A stretch of 64,000 nt of DNA from Hyphomicrobiales bacterium (GCA_965227875.1 OZ245783.1:4897929-4961928), one strand, 5' to 3'; counted from the first letter of the stretch, positions 31,236 to 45,600 are shown. The notes: generated by a model from the sequence alone, not told the origin. Numbers and translations: made by a program.

Positions 31236-31433
31236 TCACGACGCTTCGACGACGCGAACGAGGTGACTCACCTTTGCGATCATGCCGCGCACTTCCGGCG
31301 TATCCGGCAGTTCGCGGCGCTTGTGCATCTTGTTCAGACCCAGGCCGATCAGCGTCGCACGCTGCTTTTCCGGGCGCCGGATCGGGCTGCCGATCTGCTC
31401 GACAGTAATTGTCTTGGTCGTCTTGTCAGCCAT
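31236..31433 (-). CDS. rpmD: 50S ribosomal protein L30
   Basis: 65 aa, ...[25 protein letters not shown]... Confidence 0.95.
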   Translation of the reverse strand: MADKTTKTITVEQIGSPIRRPEKQRATLIGLGLNKMHKRRELPDTPEVRGMIAKVSHLVRVVEAS

Positions 31434-31471
31434 TTGCCGTCAACCTCTTCTTGGCGACCCGTCGGGTCCTA

Positions 31472-32035
31472 TCAGGCTTCCGCGCCTTCCACCAGTTCAC
31501 TTGCACCGTCACGGCGGCGCGACACGATCTCGCTCACCTTCTTGCCGCGGCGGGCCGCGACCATGCGCGGACTGTTCTCGCGCTTGAGAGCGTCAAACGT
31601 TGCCCGCACCATGTTGTAGGGATTGGACGTCCCGACCGACTTGGCAACGACGTCCTGCATGCCGAGCGTCTCGAACACCGCACGCATCGGGCCGCCGGCG
31701 ATGATGCCCGTACCGGCCGGAGCCGCACGCAGGATGACACGTCCCGCACCGTGCCGCCCGGCGACATCGTGATGCAGCGTACGGCCTTCGCGCAGCGGCA
31801 CCCGGATCATGTTCCGTTTCGCCGATTCGGTCGCCTTGCGGATCGCTTCGGGAACTTCACGCGCCTTGCCGTGACCGAATCCGACGCGCCCCTTCTGATC
31901 GCCGACGACGACAAGCGCGGCAAAGCCGAACCGCCGTCCGCCCTTGACCACCTTGGCCACCCGGTTGATGTGAACCAGCTTGTCGACGAATTCGCTGTCG
32001 CGATCGTCGCGGTCTCTCATGTCGTTGCGTGCCAC
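31472..32035 (-). CDS. rpsE: 30S ribosomal protein S5
   Basis: 187 aa with a GTG start, ...[27 protein letters not shown]... Confidence 0.95.
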   Translation of the reverse strand: MARNDMRDRDDRDSEFVDKLVHINRVAKVVKGGRRFGFAALVVVGDQKGRVGFGHGKAREVPEAIRKATESAKRNMIRVPLREGRTLHHDVAGRHGAGRVILRAAPAGTGIIAGGPMRAVFETLGMQDVVAKSVGTSNPYNMVRATFDALKRENSPRMVAARRGKKVSEIVSRRRDGASELVEGAEA

Positions 32036-32048
32036 GTCGTCAATCCTC

Positions 32049-32405
32049 TTAGAACTTGAGTCCGCCTTCGCGGGCGGCGTCTGCGAGCGCCTTCACCCGG
32101 CCGTGATAGATATATGCGCCACGGTCGAAGATCACTTCGGTGACGCCCGCCTTGACCGCCCGGTCGGCAACCAGCTTGCCGATTTCGGCAGCGGCATCCT
32201 TGTCCGCACCGGTCTTGAGCTTGTCGCGCATTTCCTTTTCCAGGGTCGATGCCGAGGCAAGCGTCGCGCCTTCCTGGTCGTCGATCACCTGGGCATAGAT
32301 GTGCTGCGAGGACCGGAACACCGAGAGCCGCGGCCGGCCGTTGGCCCGCTTGCGGATTTGCCGACGCACACGAATCTTGCGGCGATTTTCCACTGATTTT
32401 GACAT
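32049..32405 (-). CDS. rplR: 50S ribosomal protein L18
   Basis: 118 aa, ...[18 protein letters not shown]... Confidence 0.95.
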   Translation of the reverse strand: MSKSVENRRKIRVRRQIRKRANGRPRLSVFRSSQHIYAQVIDDQEGATLASASTLEKEMRDKLKTGADKDAAAEIGKLVADRAVKAGVTEVIFDRGAYIYHGRVKALADAAREGGLKF

Positions 32406-32423
32406 CTTCGGAGCTCCTGCGCC

Positions 32424-32957
32424 TTACTTCTTCTTGCCTTCCTTGCGGAAGATATATTCATCGGAATACTTGATGCCCTTGCCCTTGTACGGCTCCGGCT
32501 TGCGATAGGCCCGGATCTCGGCGGCAACCTGGCCCACGCGCTGCTTGTCGATGCCGGTGACGACGATTTCCGTCGGCTTCGGCGTCTGCACCTCGATGCC
32601 TTCCGGCACCTGGTAGACAACGTCATGGCTGTAGCCGAGGTTGAGCTGAAGCTCGCGGCCCTGGGCCTGCGCACGATATCCGACGCCGTTGATCTCGAGC
32701 GAGCGGGAGAACCCCTCGCTGACGCCCTGGATCAGGTTGGCGACAACGGTCCGGGACATGCCCCACATGGCCTGGGCGCGCTTGCTTTCGTCGCGCGGGT
32801 CGACCTTGACGCCGTCGTCGCCCATTTCCGCCAGGACCTCGTCGATCAGCACTGCCGAAAGTTCACCCTTCGGGCCTTTGGCCGTGACCTGCTGACCGTC
32901 TATGGACACGGTCACGCCGCTCGGCACTTCAATCGGCTTTTTTCCAATGCGAGACAT
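32424..32957 (-). CDS. rplF: 50S ribosomal protein L6
   Basis: [17 protein letters not shown]... Confidence 0.95.
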   Translation of the reverse strand: MSRIGKKPIEVPSGVTVSIDGQQVTAKGPKGELSAVLIDEVLAEMGDDGVKVDPRDESKRAQAMWGMSRTVVANLIQGVSEGFSRSLEINGVGYRAQAQGRELQLNLGYSHDVVYQVPEGIEVQTPKPTEIVVTGIDKQRVGQVAAEIRAYRKPEPYKGKGIKYSDEYIFRKEGKKK

Positions 32958-33016
32958 GATCTGTTGTCTCCCTTATCTGTATTGCGGGCGGGAAACAGCT
33001 CCCGGCCCGCGGCTAA

Positions 33017-33415
33017 CTAAAATACCTGGCAGAGCACTTCGCCGCCGACATTCTGCGCACGCGCCTCGGCGTCCGACATCACACCTTTCGGGGTGGACAG
33101 GATCGACACGCCAAGACCGTTGCGGACGGTCGGAAGGTTGCGCACAGACGCGTAGACGCGGCGGCCCGGCTTGGACACACGCTGGATCTGCTGGATCACA
33201 GGCGCACCGTCGAAATACTTCAGCTCGATCTCAAGTTCGGACTTGCCGCCGTCGTAGTCGACCTTGGCATAGCCGCGGATGTAACCCTCGGTTTCGAGAA
33301 CGTCGAGCACGCGCGAACGGATCTTCGAAGCCGGCGTGGACACCTTGTTCTTCCCGCGCATCTGCGCATTACGGATGCGCGTCAGCATATCACCGAGCGG
33401 ATCAGTCATCGTCAT
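33017..33415 (-). CDS. rpsH: 30S ribosomal protein S8
   Basis: ...[18 protein letters not shown]... Confidence 0.95.
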   Translation of the reverse strand: MTMTDPLGDMLTRIRNAQMRGKNKVSTPASKIRSRVLDVLETEGYIRGYAKVDYDGGKSELEIELKYFDGAPVIQQIQRVSKPGRRVYASVRNLPTVRNGLGVSILSTPKGVMSDAEARAQNVGGEVLCQVF

Positions 33416-33427
33416 CGCTTAAATCTC

Positions 33428-33733
33428 CTACCAGCTCGACTTGACCATGCCGGGGATCTGGCCGTTGGAAGCCAGGTCACGCAGCGCGATACGCGACATG
33501 CCGAGTTTGCGATAATAGGCCCGCGGACGGCCCGTCACCTTGCACCTGTTGACCAGACGCGTCTTCGACGAGTTACGCGGAAGCGCAGCAAGTTTCAGGC
33601 GAGCGGCGAAACGCTCTTCGTTGGAAAGCGACTCGTCATTGGCGATCGCTTTCAGGGCAGCACGCTTGGCTGCATATTTTGCAACGAGCTTGCGCCGGGC
33701 CTGATTCTTTTCAATAGCGCTCTTCTTTGCCAT
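33428..33733 (-). CDS. rpsN: 30S ribosomal protein S14 (long, 101-aa form)
   Basis: [17 protein letters not shown]...ends ...[11 protein letters not shown]. Confidence 0.95.
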   Translation of the reverse strand: MAKKSAIEKNQARRKLVAKYAAKRAALKAIANDESLSNEERFAARLKLAALPRNSSKTRLVNRCKVTGRPRAYYRKLGMSRIALRDLASNGQIPGMVKSSW

Positions 33734-33769
33734 TCAATCCTCCATAACGGTTCCGGGAACCGCTCCTGA

Positions 33770-34339
33770 TCAGGAACTCTGCTGTCCCGCGAACGGGAAA
33801 TTGAAACCCTTGAGAAGCTCGCGAGCTTCGTCATCCGTCTTGGCCGTGGTGCACACGATGATGTCCATGCCCCAGACTTCGTCGACCTTGTCGTAGTCGA
33901 TTTCCGGGAACACGATGTGCTCCTTGAGGCCCATGGCATAGTTGCCTCGGCCGTCGAAGCTCTTGGCGTTCAGGCCGCGGAAGTCCCGCACGCGCGGCAG
34001 GGCGACCGTCACGAGACGATCCAGGAATTCGAACATCCGGGTCCGGCGCAGCGTGACCTTCACGCCGATCGGCATGCCGTCGCGCAGCTTGAAGGTCGCG
34101 ATGGACTTGCGGGCCTTCGTGATCACCGGACGCTGGCCGGTGATGCGGGCCATGTCCTCGACCGCGGAATTGATCTTCTTGGAATCCGCGACGGCTTCGC
34201 CGACGCCCATGTTGAGCACGACCTTGTCCAGCCGCGGGACTTCCATCGGGTTCTTGTACCCGAAGGATTCCACCAGATCCTTGCGGATCGTCTCGTCATA
34301 CTGCGTCTTGAGACGCGGAATGTAATTCGCCTCAGCCAT
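33770..34339 (-). CDS. rplE: 50S ribosomal protein L5
   Basis: ...[29 protein letters not shown]... Confidence 0.95.
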   Translation of the reverse strand: MAEANYIPRLKTQYDETIRKDLVESFGYKNPMEVPRLDKVVLNMGVGEAVADSKKINSAVEDMARITGQRPVITKARKSIATFKLRDGMPIGVKVTLRRTRMFEFLDRLVTVALPRVRDFRGLNAKSFDGRGNYAMGLKEHIVFPEIDYDKVDEVWGMDIIVCTTAKTDDEARELLKGFNFPFAGQQSS

Positions 34340-34655
34340 CGATCACTTCTCCAGAACGCTTGGCAAACCGTACCTTGCGTCCGTCATTCAGGGTCTTGAA
34401 TCCGACCCGGCTCGGTTTACCGTCCTTGGGGTCCTCGATCGCGAGGTTGGAGATTGCGATCGGCAATTCCTTGCTCACGATGCCGCCCTGTTCGGTCTGG
34501 GTCTGGCGCTGGTGCCGGCGTACGACGTTGACGCCCTGCACGACTGCCTTGTTTTCTTTCGGCTTGACGGAGAGAACCTCTCCGCGCTTGCCCTTGTCCT
34601 TGCCGGCGACCACGACAACGGAATCGCCTTTCTTGATTTTCAGCTTTACGGCCAT
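34332..34655 (-). CDS. rplX: 50S ribosomal protein L24
   Basis: [15 protein letters not shown].... The ATG at 34653-34655 overlaps the rplN stop by 1 nt. The track starts one codon earlier at GTG. Confidence 0.93.
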   Translation of the reverse strand: MAVKLKIKKGDSVVVVAGKDKGKRGEVLSVKPKENKAVVQGVNVVRRHQRQTQTEQGGIVSKELPIAISNLAIEDPKDGKPSRVGFKTLNDGRKVRFAKRSGEVIDG

Positions 34656-35023
34656 CACAGCACCTCCGGTGCGAGCGATACGATCTTCATATGGTTCTTG
34701 CCCCGCAGTTCACGCGTTACCGGGCCGAAAATGCGCGTTCCGATCGGCTCGCCCTGGTTGTTCACCAGGACCGCAGCGTTGCGGTCGAAACGGATGGCAC
34801 TGCCATCCGGGCGCCGGATGTCCTTGGCCGTGCGAACCACGACCGCCTTCATCACATCGCCCTTTTTCACGCGGCCGCGAGGAATAGCTTCCTTGACGCT
34901 CACCACGATGATGTCGCCAACCGACGCGTATTTGCGCTTCGACCCGCCCAGAACCTTGATGCACTGGACACGGCGCGCGCCAGAGTTGTCCGCAACATCC
35001 AGATTTGTCTGCATCTGAATCAT
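34655..35023 (-). CDS. rplN: 50S ribosomal protein L14
   Basis: [27 protein letters not shown]... Confidence 0.95.
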   Translation of the reverse strand: MIQMQTNLDVADNSGARRVQCIKVLGGSKRKYASVGDIIVVSVKEAIPRGRVKKGDVMKAVVVRTAKDIRRPDGSAIRFDRNAAVLVNNQGEPIGTRIFGPVTRELRGKNHMKIVSLAPEVL

Positions 35024-35108
35024 GACTATTCCGCCTTCTGTCCGGCCGCCGTTTCCGGCTTCTTCTACACTTCACCGACCTTGCGCAGCGACATCGCCGC
35101 GCGGTCAA

Positions 35109-35345
35109 TCACACTTCCGCGCCGACGAGTTTCCAGCGCTTGTTCTTCGAATACGGCCGGCACTCCTCGATCCGCACTTCGTCGCCGACCTTTGCCGAGT
35201 TGCTCTCGTCGTGCGCGTGGTACCGCTTTGACCGGCGGACCGTCTTCTTGAGAAGCGGGTCGGTCAGGCGGCGCTCAACGCGAACGACCACCGTCTTGTC
35301 GTTCTTGTCGCTGACGACGACGCCCTGCAAAATTCGCTTAGGCAT
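35109..35345 (-). CDS. rpsQ: 30S ribosomal protein S17
   Basis: [26 protein letters not shown]... Confidence 0.95.
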   Translation of the reverse strand: MPKRILQGVVVSDKNDKTVVVRVERRLTDPLLKKTVRRSKRYHAHDESNSAKVGDEVRIEECRPYSKNKRWKLVGAEV

Positions 35346-35359
35346 GTTCCCAAATCTCC

Positions 35360-35560
35360 TCAGGACTGAGCCGCGCCGGCCTGCGCGCGCGAAACGGTCT
35401 CGATCCGGGCGATATCCCGGCGGATCTGGCGCATGCGGGCCGTGTTTTCCAGCTGGCCGGTCGCCTTCTGGAAACGCAGGTTGAACTGTTCTTTTTTCAG
35501 CTTGACCAGCTCGTCCTTGAGCTGGTCCGGCGTCATGTCTCTTACTTCACTGGCCTTCAT
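35360..35560 (-). CDS. rpmC: 50S ribosomal protein L29
   Basis: 66 aa, ...[20 protein letters not shown]... Confidence 0.95.
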   Translation of the reverse strand: MKASEVRDMTPDQLKDELVKLKKEQFNLRFQKATGQLENTARMRQIRRDIARIETVSRAQAGAAQS

Positions 35561-35613
35561 GGCCCCGGTCCTCTTTCTGATCTCCGCACTCCCGAGGAAT
35601 GCGGAAAGGGTTC

Positions 35614-36030
35614 CTAGTGATCGCCCAGGCGGGCAACGAATCTCGTCTTGATCGGCAGCTTCGCCGCCGCAAGAAGCAGCGCTTCCTTCGCGAGATCGTG
35701 CGGCACGCCGTCGACCTCGAACATGATCCTGCCCGGCTTGACCTTGGCCGCCCAGAACTCGGGCGTGCCCTTGCCCTTACCCATGCGGACTTCCGTCGGC
35801 TTCTTGGACACGGGCACATCCGGGAACACGCGGATCCAGACGCGGCCGGCACGCTTCATGTGACGCGTGATGGCACGACGGGCCGCTTCGATCTGACGCG
35901 CGGTGATGCGCTCCGGCTCGACGGCCTTGAGACCGTAGGCGCCGAAATTCAGTTCCGTTCCGCCCTTGGCCGTACCCTTGATCCGGCCTTTGTGCTGCTT
36001 GCGGAATTTTGTGCGTTTCGGTTGCAGCAT
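35614..36030 (-). CDS. rplP: 50S ribosomal protein L16
   Basis: [16 protein letters not shown]... Confidence 0.95.
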   Translation of the reverse strand: MLQPKRTKFRKQHKGRIKGTAKGGTELNFGAYGLKAVEPERITARQIEAARRAITRHMKRAGRVWIRVFPDVPVSKKPTEVRMGKGKGTPEFWAAKVKPGRIMFEVDGVPHDLAKEALLLAAAKLPIKTRFVARLGDH

Positions 36031-36055
36031 GTTCCCTACTCTCTTTCTTCAGTGA

Positions 36056-36757
36056 TCAACCGTCGCGCCGAGGGCCACGTCCGCCCTCCTGCTGCTCGGT
36101 CATGCGGCGCTCCTGGGCCATCGGGTCATGTTCGAGGATCTCGCCCTTGAACACCCAGACCTTGAGGCCGATTGTTCCGTACGCCGTGTGTGCGGTCGCA
36201 ACGCCGTAGTCGACATCGGCACGCAGCGTATGAAGCGGCACACGGCCTTCGCGGTACCATTCGACACGTGCGATTTCCGCACCGCCGAGACGGCCACCGG
36301 CATTGATCCGGATACCTTCGGCCCCGAGACGCATCGCCGACTGCACGGCGCGCTTCATGGCCCGGCGGAACGCCACGCGGCGCTCGAGCTGCTGGGCGAT
36401 GTTCTCCGCGATCAGCGTCGCGTCGATCTCGGGCTTGCGAACCTCGACGATATTGAGGTGCACTTCGCTGTCGGTGAACTGGGCCAGGTCGCGGCGCAGC
36501 TTCTCGATGTCCGCACCCTTCTTGCCGATGACAAGACCGGGGCGCGCCGTGTGGATCGTCACCCGGCACTTCTTGTGCGGACGTTCGATCACGATGCGCG
36601 ACACACCGGCCTGGCGCAGCTTCTTGGTCAGGAACTCGCGGATCTTGATGTCTTCGTGCAGGAGATCGCCATAGCTCTCGCCATCGGCAAACCAGCGCGA
36701 ATCCCAGGTCCGGTTGATCCCCAGCCGAAGGCCGATCGGGTTTACTTTCTGTCCCAT
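36056..36757 (-). CDS. rpsC: 30S ribosomal protein S3
   Basis: [24 protein letters not shown]... Confidence 0.95.
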   Translation of the reverse strand: MGQKVNPIGLRLGINRTWDSRWFADGESYGDLLHEDIKIREFLTKKLRQAGVSRIVIERPHKKCRVTIHTARPGLVIGKKGADIEKLRRDLAQFTDSEVHLNIVEVRKPEIDATLIAENIAQQLERRVAFRRAMKRAVQSAMRLGAEGIRINAGGRLGGAEIARVEWYREGRVPLHTLRADVDYGVATAHTAYGTIGLKVWVFKGEILEHDPMAQERRMTEQQEGGRGPRRDG

Positions 36758-37137
36758 CAGGCGGACTCCTCGACTTGCGTAACGACCACGGTGATCTGGC
36801 TGAACGGTTTCACGATCCGGCCCACGCGACCGCGAGCCCGCGCCCGCCAGCGCTTCATCACCAGGTTCTTGCCGACATAGGCTTCGGACACCACGAGGTC
36901 GTCAACGTCGAGATCGTGGTTGTTCTCCGCATTGGCGATCGCCGATTCCAGGACCTTCTTGACGTCCCGTGCGATGCGCTTGCGCGAGAAGGTCAGGTCG
37001 GCGAGCGCCTGGTCGACCTTCTTGCCGCGAATGCTCGCCGCGACGAGGTTCAGCTTCTGCGGGCTGACGCGAAGATTGCGTGCAACCGCCTTTGCCTGGT
37101 TTTCCGCGAGCGCGCGGGGTTTGGAAGACTTGCCCAT
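36757..37137 (-). CDS. rplV: 50S ribosomal protein L22
   Basis: 126 aa, ...[20 protein letters not shown]... Confidence 0.95.
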   Translation of the reverse strand: MGKSSKPRALAENQAKAVARNLRVSPQKLNLVAASIRGKKVDQALADLTFSRKRIARDVKKVLESAIANAENNHDLDVDDLVVSEAYVGKNLVMKRWRARARGRVGRIVKPFSQITVVVTQVEESA

Positions 37138-37141
37138 AACC

Positions 37142-37420
37142 CTACTTCCTCTTGGCTTTCTTGTCCGCCGCGTGGCCGTAGTAGGTCCGCGAAGGCGAGA
37201 ATTCGCCCAGCTTGTGTCCCACCATGTCCTCGGTCACGAGCACCGGAATGTGTTTCTGCCCGTTGTGAACGCCGAACGTCAGGCCGACGAACTGCGGCAG
37301 GATGGTCGAACGGCGGCTCCAGGTCTTGATCACCTGGTTGCGGCCGGACGACCGGGCCGCCTCTGCCTTCTTCAACAGATACCCGTCAACGAACGGGCCT
37401 TTCCAAACTGAACGTGCCAC
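37142..37420 (-). CDS. rpsS: 30S ribosomal protein S19
   Basis: GTG start, (M)[17 protein letters not shown]... Confidence 0.95.
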   Translation of the reverse strand: MARSVWKGPFVDGYLLKKAEAARSSGRNQVIKTWSRRSTILPQFVGLTFGVHNGQKHIPVLVTEDMVGHKLGEFSPSRTYYGHAADKKAKRK

Positions 37421-37432
37421 GGCTGAAGCCCT

Positions 37433-38272
37433 CTATCGTTTCTTCTTGCGCAGATGCCTGCTGCGCACGATGTACTTGTCGGTCGCCTTGTTCGAACGCG
37501 TCCGCTTGCCCTTGGTCGGCTTGCCCCAGGGGGTCACCGGATGACGGCCACCGGAGGTCCTGCCTTCACCACCGCCATGGGGGTGATCGACCGGGTTCAT
37601 GGCCACACCGCGAACCGAAGGACGCTTGCCGAGCCAGCGCTTGCGGCCGGCCTTGCCGAGCTTGATGTTGGCGTGGTCCGGGTTCGAAACCGCCCCGACC
37701 GTCGCCATACATTCGGCGCGGACCATGCGCTGCTCGCCCGAATTGAGCCGCAGAAGCGCGTAACCGGAGTCGCGGCCGACGAGCTGGACATAAGCCCCCG
37801 CCGAACGGGCGATCTGTCCGCCGCGGCCAGCCTTGAGCTCGACATTGTGAACGATCGTGCCCACGGGGATGCTCGACAGCGGCATCGCGTTGCCCGGCTT
37901 CACGTCGACCCGTTCGCCGGCGATGACGCTGTCACCCACCTGCAGGCGCTGCGGAGCAAGGATATAGGCCTGCTCGCCGTCCTCGTATTTCAGAAGCGCG
38001 ATGAACGCCGTCCGGTTGGGATCGTATTCGAGCCGTTCCACGGTCGCCGGCACGTCGAACTTGCGACGCTTGAAGTCGACCATGCGATAGGCCCGCTTGT
38101 GGCCGCCGCCGATACGCCGCGCGGTGATGCGACCGTGGTTGTTGCGACCGCCGCTCTTGGTAAGCCCTTCCGTCAGTTGCTTGACGGGCTTGCCTTTCCA
38201 AAGGCCGGACCGGTCCACGATCACCAGATTGCGCTGGCCGGGAGTGATCGGTTTGTACTTTTTCAACGCCAT
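37433..38272 (-). CDS. rplB: 50S ribosomal protein L2
   Basis: [17 protein letters not shown]... Confidence 0.95.
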   Translation of the reverse strand: MALKKYKPITPGQRNLVIVDRSGLWKGKPVKQLTEGLTKSGGRNNHGRITARRIGGGHKRAYRMVDFKRRKFDVPATVERLEYDPNRTAFIALLKYEDGEQAYILAPQRLQVGDSVIAGERVDVKPGNAMPLSSIPVGTIVHNVELKAGRGGQIARSAGAYVQLVGRDSGYALLRLNSGEQRMVRAECMATVGAVSNPDHANIKLGKAGRKRWLGKRPSVRGVAMNPVDHPHGGGEGRTSGGRHPVTPWGKPTKGKRTRSNKATDKYIVRSRHLRKKKR

Positions 38273-38304
38273 CGTTCTTGCCTTTTATCGGATGCCTGCG
38301 GACC

Positions 38305-38598
38305 TCAGAGCCCCGTCGTCACATCGATGCTGTGACCCTCTTCAAGCGTCACGACCGCCTTCTTCACGTCGCTCTGGCGCCCGGGACGACCGCGAAACCG
38401 CTTGGTCTTGCCCTTGCGCACGAGCGTGTTCACCGCCTTGACCTTGACGTCGAACAGGCGCTCGACGGCTTCCTTGATCTGCGGCTTGGACGCGGTCTTC
38501 GCGACGTTGAAGAGCACCTGGTTGTGCTCCGACGCCATCGTCGACTTTTCAGTGATCACCGGGCTGACGATCACGTCGTAGATCTGAGCCTCGTTCAT
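38305..38598 (-). CDS. rplW: 50S ribosomal protein L23
   Basis: 97 aa, ...[14 protein letters not shown]... Confidence 0.95.
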   Translation of the reverse strand: MNEAQIYDVIVSPVITEKSTMASEHNQVLFNVAKTASKPQIKEAVERLFDVKVKAVNTLVRKGKTKRFRGRPGRQSDVKKAVVTLEEGHSIDVTTGL

Positions 38599-39215
38599 TT
38601 GAAACGCGCCTCCAGCGCTTCCACGGCAGCCTTCGTCAGCACAAGCTTGCGGCGACGCAGGATGTCGTAGACGTTGATGCCCTGTACCGGCAGCACATCC
38701 ACATTCGCGATATTGCGGGCGGCCAGCTTGAAGTTCTCCTCGACTTCGGCCCCGTCGATGATCAATGCATGATCAACACCGAGCTTCGCGAGCGACGCCT
38801 TCAGGGCCTTGGTCTTCGGTTCGCTGGCGCTGGCATTGTCCAGCACGATCAGCTCTTCGGCCTTGGCTTTCGCGGAAAGCGCATGCTTCAGCGCCAGGGC
38901 GCGAACCTTCTTGGGCAGCGAGATCGCATGGCTACGCTCGACCGGACCGAACGCCTTGGCACCGCCGCGGAACAGCGAAACCTTGCGGTCGCCGTGCCGT
39001 GCACCGCCGGTACCTTTCTGGCGGTAGATCTTCTTGGTCGAACCGACCACTTCGCCGCGCGTCTTGGACGAATGCGTGCCTGCGCGGCGCTTGGCGAGCT
39101 GGTAGGCCACCATGCGGTGCAGGATATCGCGGCGCGGCTCGAGACCGAAAATCGCGTCGGAAAGATCGACGGTTCCCGATTTTTCGGCAGCCAATGTCGT
39201 AACATCAACTTTCAT
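38595..39215 (-). CDS. rplD: 50S ribosomal protein L4
   Basis: MKVDVTTL.... The ATG at 39213-39215 overlaps the rplC stop by 1 nt. The track begins one codon earlier at GTG. Confidence 0.93.
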   Translation of the reverse strand: MKVDVTTLAAEKSGTVDLSDAIFGLEPRRDILHRMVAYQLAKRRAGTHSSKTRGEVVGSTKKIYRQKGTGGARHGDRKVSLFRGGAKAFGPVERSHAISLPKKVRALALKHALSAKAKAEELIVLDNASASEPKTKALKASLAKLGVDHALIIDGAEVEENFKLAARNIANVDVLPVQGINVYDILRRRKLVLTKAAVEALEARFK

Positions 39216-40009
39216 CACTCTTCACCCTTCTCCGCGGTTGCTTCCGCTGCCTGGGTCTCCTCGGCGGCGACTTCCACCGGGGTTTCGTCTTCGGTGGCAG
39301 GAGCCGCCGTGTCTTCAGCCTTCGCTGCGTTGCCCGGCAGACGGAAACTTCCCGGCATCGGAACGCCTTCGGGAAGATCGCGCTTCACGGCATCCCGCAG
39401 GAACACCCAGCCGCCCTTGGAACCCGGCACCGCGCCGCGCACCATGATCAGACCGCGATCGGCATCGGTGCGCACGACCCGAAGGTTCTGCGTCGTCACA
39501 CGGGCGGCACCCATGTGTCCGGCCATCTTCTTGCCCTTGAACACCTTGCCGGGATCCTGGCACTGGCCGGTGGACCCATGGCTGCGGTGATTGATCGAGA
39601 CACCGTGACTTGCCCGCAGGCCGCCGAAATTGTGCCGCTTCATGGCGCCGGCAAAGCCCTTGCCGATGCTCGTTCCGGACACGTCGACGAATTGCCCCTC
39701 GACGAAGTGGTCTGCCGTAAGCTCGGCGCCCACATCGATGAGGTTGTCCGCGGTCACGCGAAACTCGGCAAGCTTGCGCTTGGGCTCCACGTGGGCGACC
39801 GCGAAGTGGCCGCGCTGGGCGCGCGTCACGTTCTTGACCTTGGCAAAACCCGCACCAAGCTGCAGGGCGGTGTAGCCGTTTTTCTCTTCCGTACGCTGAG
39901 CCACCACCTGACAGTTGTCGACTTTCAGAACGGTGACCGGGATATGCTCTCCCGCATCGGTGAAGATGCGGGTCATTCCCAGCTTTTGCGCAATGACACC
40001 TGAACGCAT
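39215..40009 (-). CDS. rplC: 50S ribosomal protein L3 with an acidic C-terminal tail
   Basis: [16 protein letters not shown].... At 264 aa it is long. The last ~40 aa are low-complexity A/E/T-rich (...[36 protein letters not shown]). Confidence 0.95.
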   Translation of the reverse strand: MRSGVIAQKLGMTRIFTDAGEHIPVTVLKVDNCQVVAQRTEEKNGYTALQLGAGFAKVKNVTRAQRGHFAVAHVEPKRKLAEFRVTADNLIDVGAELTADHFVEGQFVDVSGTSIGKGFAGAMKRHNFGGLRASHGVSINHRSHGSTGQCQDPGKVFKGKKMAGHMGAARVTTQNLRVVRTDADRGLIMVRGAVPGSKGGWVFLRDAVKRDLPEGVPMPGSFRLPGNAAKAEDTAAPATEDETPVEVAAEETQAAEATAEKGEE

Positions 40010-40027
40010 CGGTCCGTGTCCCTTACC

Positions 40028-40336
40028 TTAGAGTTTGATTTCCACGTCGACGCCGGCCGCAAGGTCCAGCTTCATGAGCGCGTCAACGGTCTGCGGCGTC
40101 GGATCGACGATATCGAGCAGACGCTTGTGCGTGCGCATTTCGAACTGCTCGCGGCTCTTCTTGTCGATATGCGGCGAACGCAACACCGTAAACTTCTCGA
40201 TACGCGTCGGCAGCGGGATCGGGCCGCGAACCTGCGCACCGGTCCGTTTGGCCGTATTCACGATCTCCTTCGTCGAGGCATCGAGAATCCGATGATCGAA
40301 CGCCTTGAGCCTGATGCGGATGTTCTGACTTTGCAT
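40028..40336 (-). CDS. rpsJ: 30S ribosomal protein S10
   Basis: [19 protein letters not shown]... Confidence 0.95.
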   Translation of the reverse strand: MQSQNIRIRLKAFDHRILDASTKEIVNTAKRTGAQVRGPIPLPTRIEKFTVLRSPHIDKKSREQFEMRTHKRLLDIVDPTPQTVDALMKLDLAAGVDVEIKL

Positions 40337-40347
40337 CTGTCTCTATC

Positions 40348-40379
40348 CCATAAAGAGAGGCGTTCCATGAGGAACGCCT
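40348..40379 (-). terminator. Hairpin with a short U-tract between tuf and rpsJ (terminator/attenuator)
   Basis: The minus strand reads AGGCGTTCC-TCAT-GGAACGCCT followed by CTCTTTAT, about 12 nt before the rpsJ ATG. Confidence 0.5.
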
Positions 40380-40394
40380 TCTTTCTTGTTGAAT

Positions 40395-41585
<1,191 letters not shown>

Positions 41586-41629
41586 AATGCCTCTCCATTC
41601 TTGCTAGACGGATTGTTCCCTAATCGGTG

Positions 41630-43705
<2,076 letters not shown>

Positions 43706-43740
43706 GGGAGTAAGCCTCTGATTGCGCGTCTGGAGCCCGG

Positions 43741-44211
43741 TTACCAGCGATAGTGAGAGAAGGCGCGGTTCGCTTCCGCCATGCGGTGCGTGTCTTCGCG
43801 CTTCTTCACCGCGGTCCCGCGGTTGTTCGAAGCATCCAGCAGTTCGCCGGAAAGCCGGTCGATCATTGTGGTTTCATTGCGGCCACGCGCGGCGGTGATG
43901 ATCCAGCGGATCGCCAGCGCACGGCGACGGTCGGGACGAACTTCGACCGGCACCTGGTAGGTCGCACCGCCCACCCTGCGCGAACGCACTTCAATGGCGG
44001 GCATTACGTTTTCCAGCGCCTGATGGAACACCTGCACGGGTTCCTGGCTGGTCTTGTTCTCGATGATGTCGAATGCACCGTATACGATGCGTTCGGCTGC
44101 GGATTTCTTGCCGTCGACCATAAGGCTGTTCATGAACTTGGTCAGGACGACATCGCCATATTTGGCGTCGGGGATGATTTCCCGTTTCTCTGCGCGGTGG
44201 CGGCGTGACAT
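43741..44211 (-). CDS. rpsG: 30S ribosomal protein S7
   Basis: [20 protein letters not shown]... Confidence 0.95.
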   Translation of the reverse strand: MSRRHRAEKREIIPDAKYGDVVLTKFMNSLMVDGKKSAAERIVYGAFDIIENKTSQEPVQVFHQALENVMPAIEVRSRRVGGATYQVPVEVRPDRRRALAIRWIITAARGRNETTMIDRLSGELLDASNNRGTAVKKREDTHRMAEANRAFSHYRW

Positions 44212-44223
44212 TGGGCGACTTCC

Positions 44224-44595
44224 TTATTTCGGACGCTTGGCGCCGTACTTCGAACGGCGCTGGCGGCGATCCTTCACGCCCTGCGTGTCGAGGACGCCAC
44301 GAATGATGTGATAGCGCACACCCGGAAGGTCCTTCACGCGACCGCCGCGGATCATGACCACGGAGTGCTCCTGAAGGTTATGGCCTTCGCCCGGGATGTA
44401 GCTGGTCACTTCGAAACCATTGGTAAGGCGAACACGCGCGACCTTACGAAGCGCCGAGTTCGGCTTCTTCGGCGTCGTGGTGTAGACACGGGTGCACACG
44501 CCGCGCTTTTGCGGGCATGCTTCCATCGCCGGGACCTTGTTTCGCTTCACCGGTGCCTTGCGCGGCTTGCGAATGAGCTGATTGATCGTGGGCAT
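44224..44595 (-). CDS. rpsL: 30S ribosomal protein S12
   Basis: [13 protein letters not shown]... Confidence 0.97.
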   Translation of the reverse strand: MPTINQLIRKPRKAPVKRNKVPAMEACPQKRGVCTRVYTTTPKKPNSALRKVARVRLTNGFEVTSYIPGEGHNLQEHSVVMIRGGRVKDLPGVRYHIIRGVLDTQGVKDRRQRRSKYGAKRPK

Positions 44596-44826
44596 TCGTC
44601 CTGCCTTAAGCCATCATCAAAGGGTGCTGCCGGGCACGGATCCACGCTCTGCCGCATACGCAAACGGCAAGCATCGTCAGCCGTTTCCGGTACGACACCT
44701 GCCACAAACAGAGGACCTTGGCCGCTCGAAGACCGCCAAGGTCGTGATCCATTTCCGACTTCGCTTACTTACCGACAGTGTCTAGGCGTCGAAATTGCCT
44801 ACCACCTGTCGTCGAAAGTGCGCGGA

Positions 44827-44855
44827 ACATACTTCCCGACCCCGGTCGCGTCAAC
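44827..44855 (-). promoter_or_regulatory. Candidate sigma70-type promoter of the rpsL-rpsG-fusA-tuf operon
   Basis: The minus strand reads TTGACG (44850-44855), 17 nt, then TATGTT (44827-44832). This implies a leader of about 225-230 nt before the rpsL ATG. Confidence 0.4.
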
Positions 44856-45075
44856 CCCAATTTCTTGAGAAATATTGCCCAAAAACCGGGTATTCCCACG
44901 AAACGCCTGCACTGTTTCACATGCGAACCGCGCAAGAATCGACGTGAAGCGCGCCTGTAGGCCGGCGAGGCACCGCGTCGCGAGGGAATCAGGGTCCGAT
45001 TCCCCGGGCGACCATGCTTCGCCGGCCGGTCACGTGAGTCGCCCGGGGCCGCGGACGAGCCCCGGGCCTGGGGGC

Positions 45076-45462
45076 CTACTGGATGTAGGGATTCTGGCAG
45101 CCGTAGCGCACCGAACAGCCGCGGGAACTCATGGCGCTCAGCCCGTCGGCCATGGCCGCCGCGGTCTTGTCATCCCCCGCGAGCGCCTTGGCCTTGGCGA
45201 TCAGGTCGGAGGTCGCCGTCCCCTCGCCCGCCAGACCGACGACATCGTCAGACAGTCCCTGGCGAAGCCTCACGGCGGCCATGAGCAATACGGGGTCCTG
45301 ACGCGCTTCTCCGAGAGCCGCGAGCTTGTTCGCCAGAACAAGCTGTTCCATGGCGGCTGGTGACAAGAGCGGTGCATCCTGCGCATGGGCCGACGTGGAC
45401 ATGGTGAACATGGCAATTCCGGCAACCGCCGCCGCAGCGGCGGATCTTGCGAATGGTTTCAT
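45076..45462 (-). CDS. Hypothetical exported protein
   Basis: 128 aa from MKPFARSAAAAAVAGIAMFTMSTSAHA-QD (signal-peptide-like, ATG 45460-45462). It is Ala/Leu-rich and helical-looking, with the C-terminal pair CSVRYGC. No family recognised. Confidence 0.55.
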   Translation of the reverse strand: MKPFARSAAAAAVAGIAMFTMSTSAHAQDAPLLSPAAMEQLVLANKLAALGEARQDPVLLMAAVRLRQGLSDDVVGLAGEGTATSDLIAKAKALAGDDKTAAAMADGLSAMSSRGCSVRYGCQNPYIQ

Positions 45463-45572
45463 TCCTGATTCTCTTTCTGTTTTCCGGTTTGGATATACCC
45501 CCGGGCAAAGGGCCGCCACCGGGCGGTCGTTGCCAGCGCCGAATCTATCCTAGATGCACATCCGCATGAAGC

Positions 45573-45590
45573 ATGTGACGCAGGTCACAT
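45573..45590. promoter_or_regulatory. CRP/Clr-type binding-site candidate ATGTGAC-GCAG-GTCACAT (TGTGA-N6-TCACA)
   Basis: Perfect 7-bp arms read directly from the sequence. It lies 10 nt downstream of the rpoC terminator and about 120 nt upstream of the 45462 ATG. A TAGGAT -10-like hexamer (minus, 45547-45552) puts the site centre near -41.5. Confidence 0.45.
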
Positions 45591-45600
45591 AAGCAGGTCG

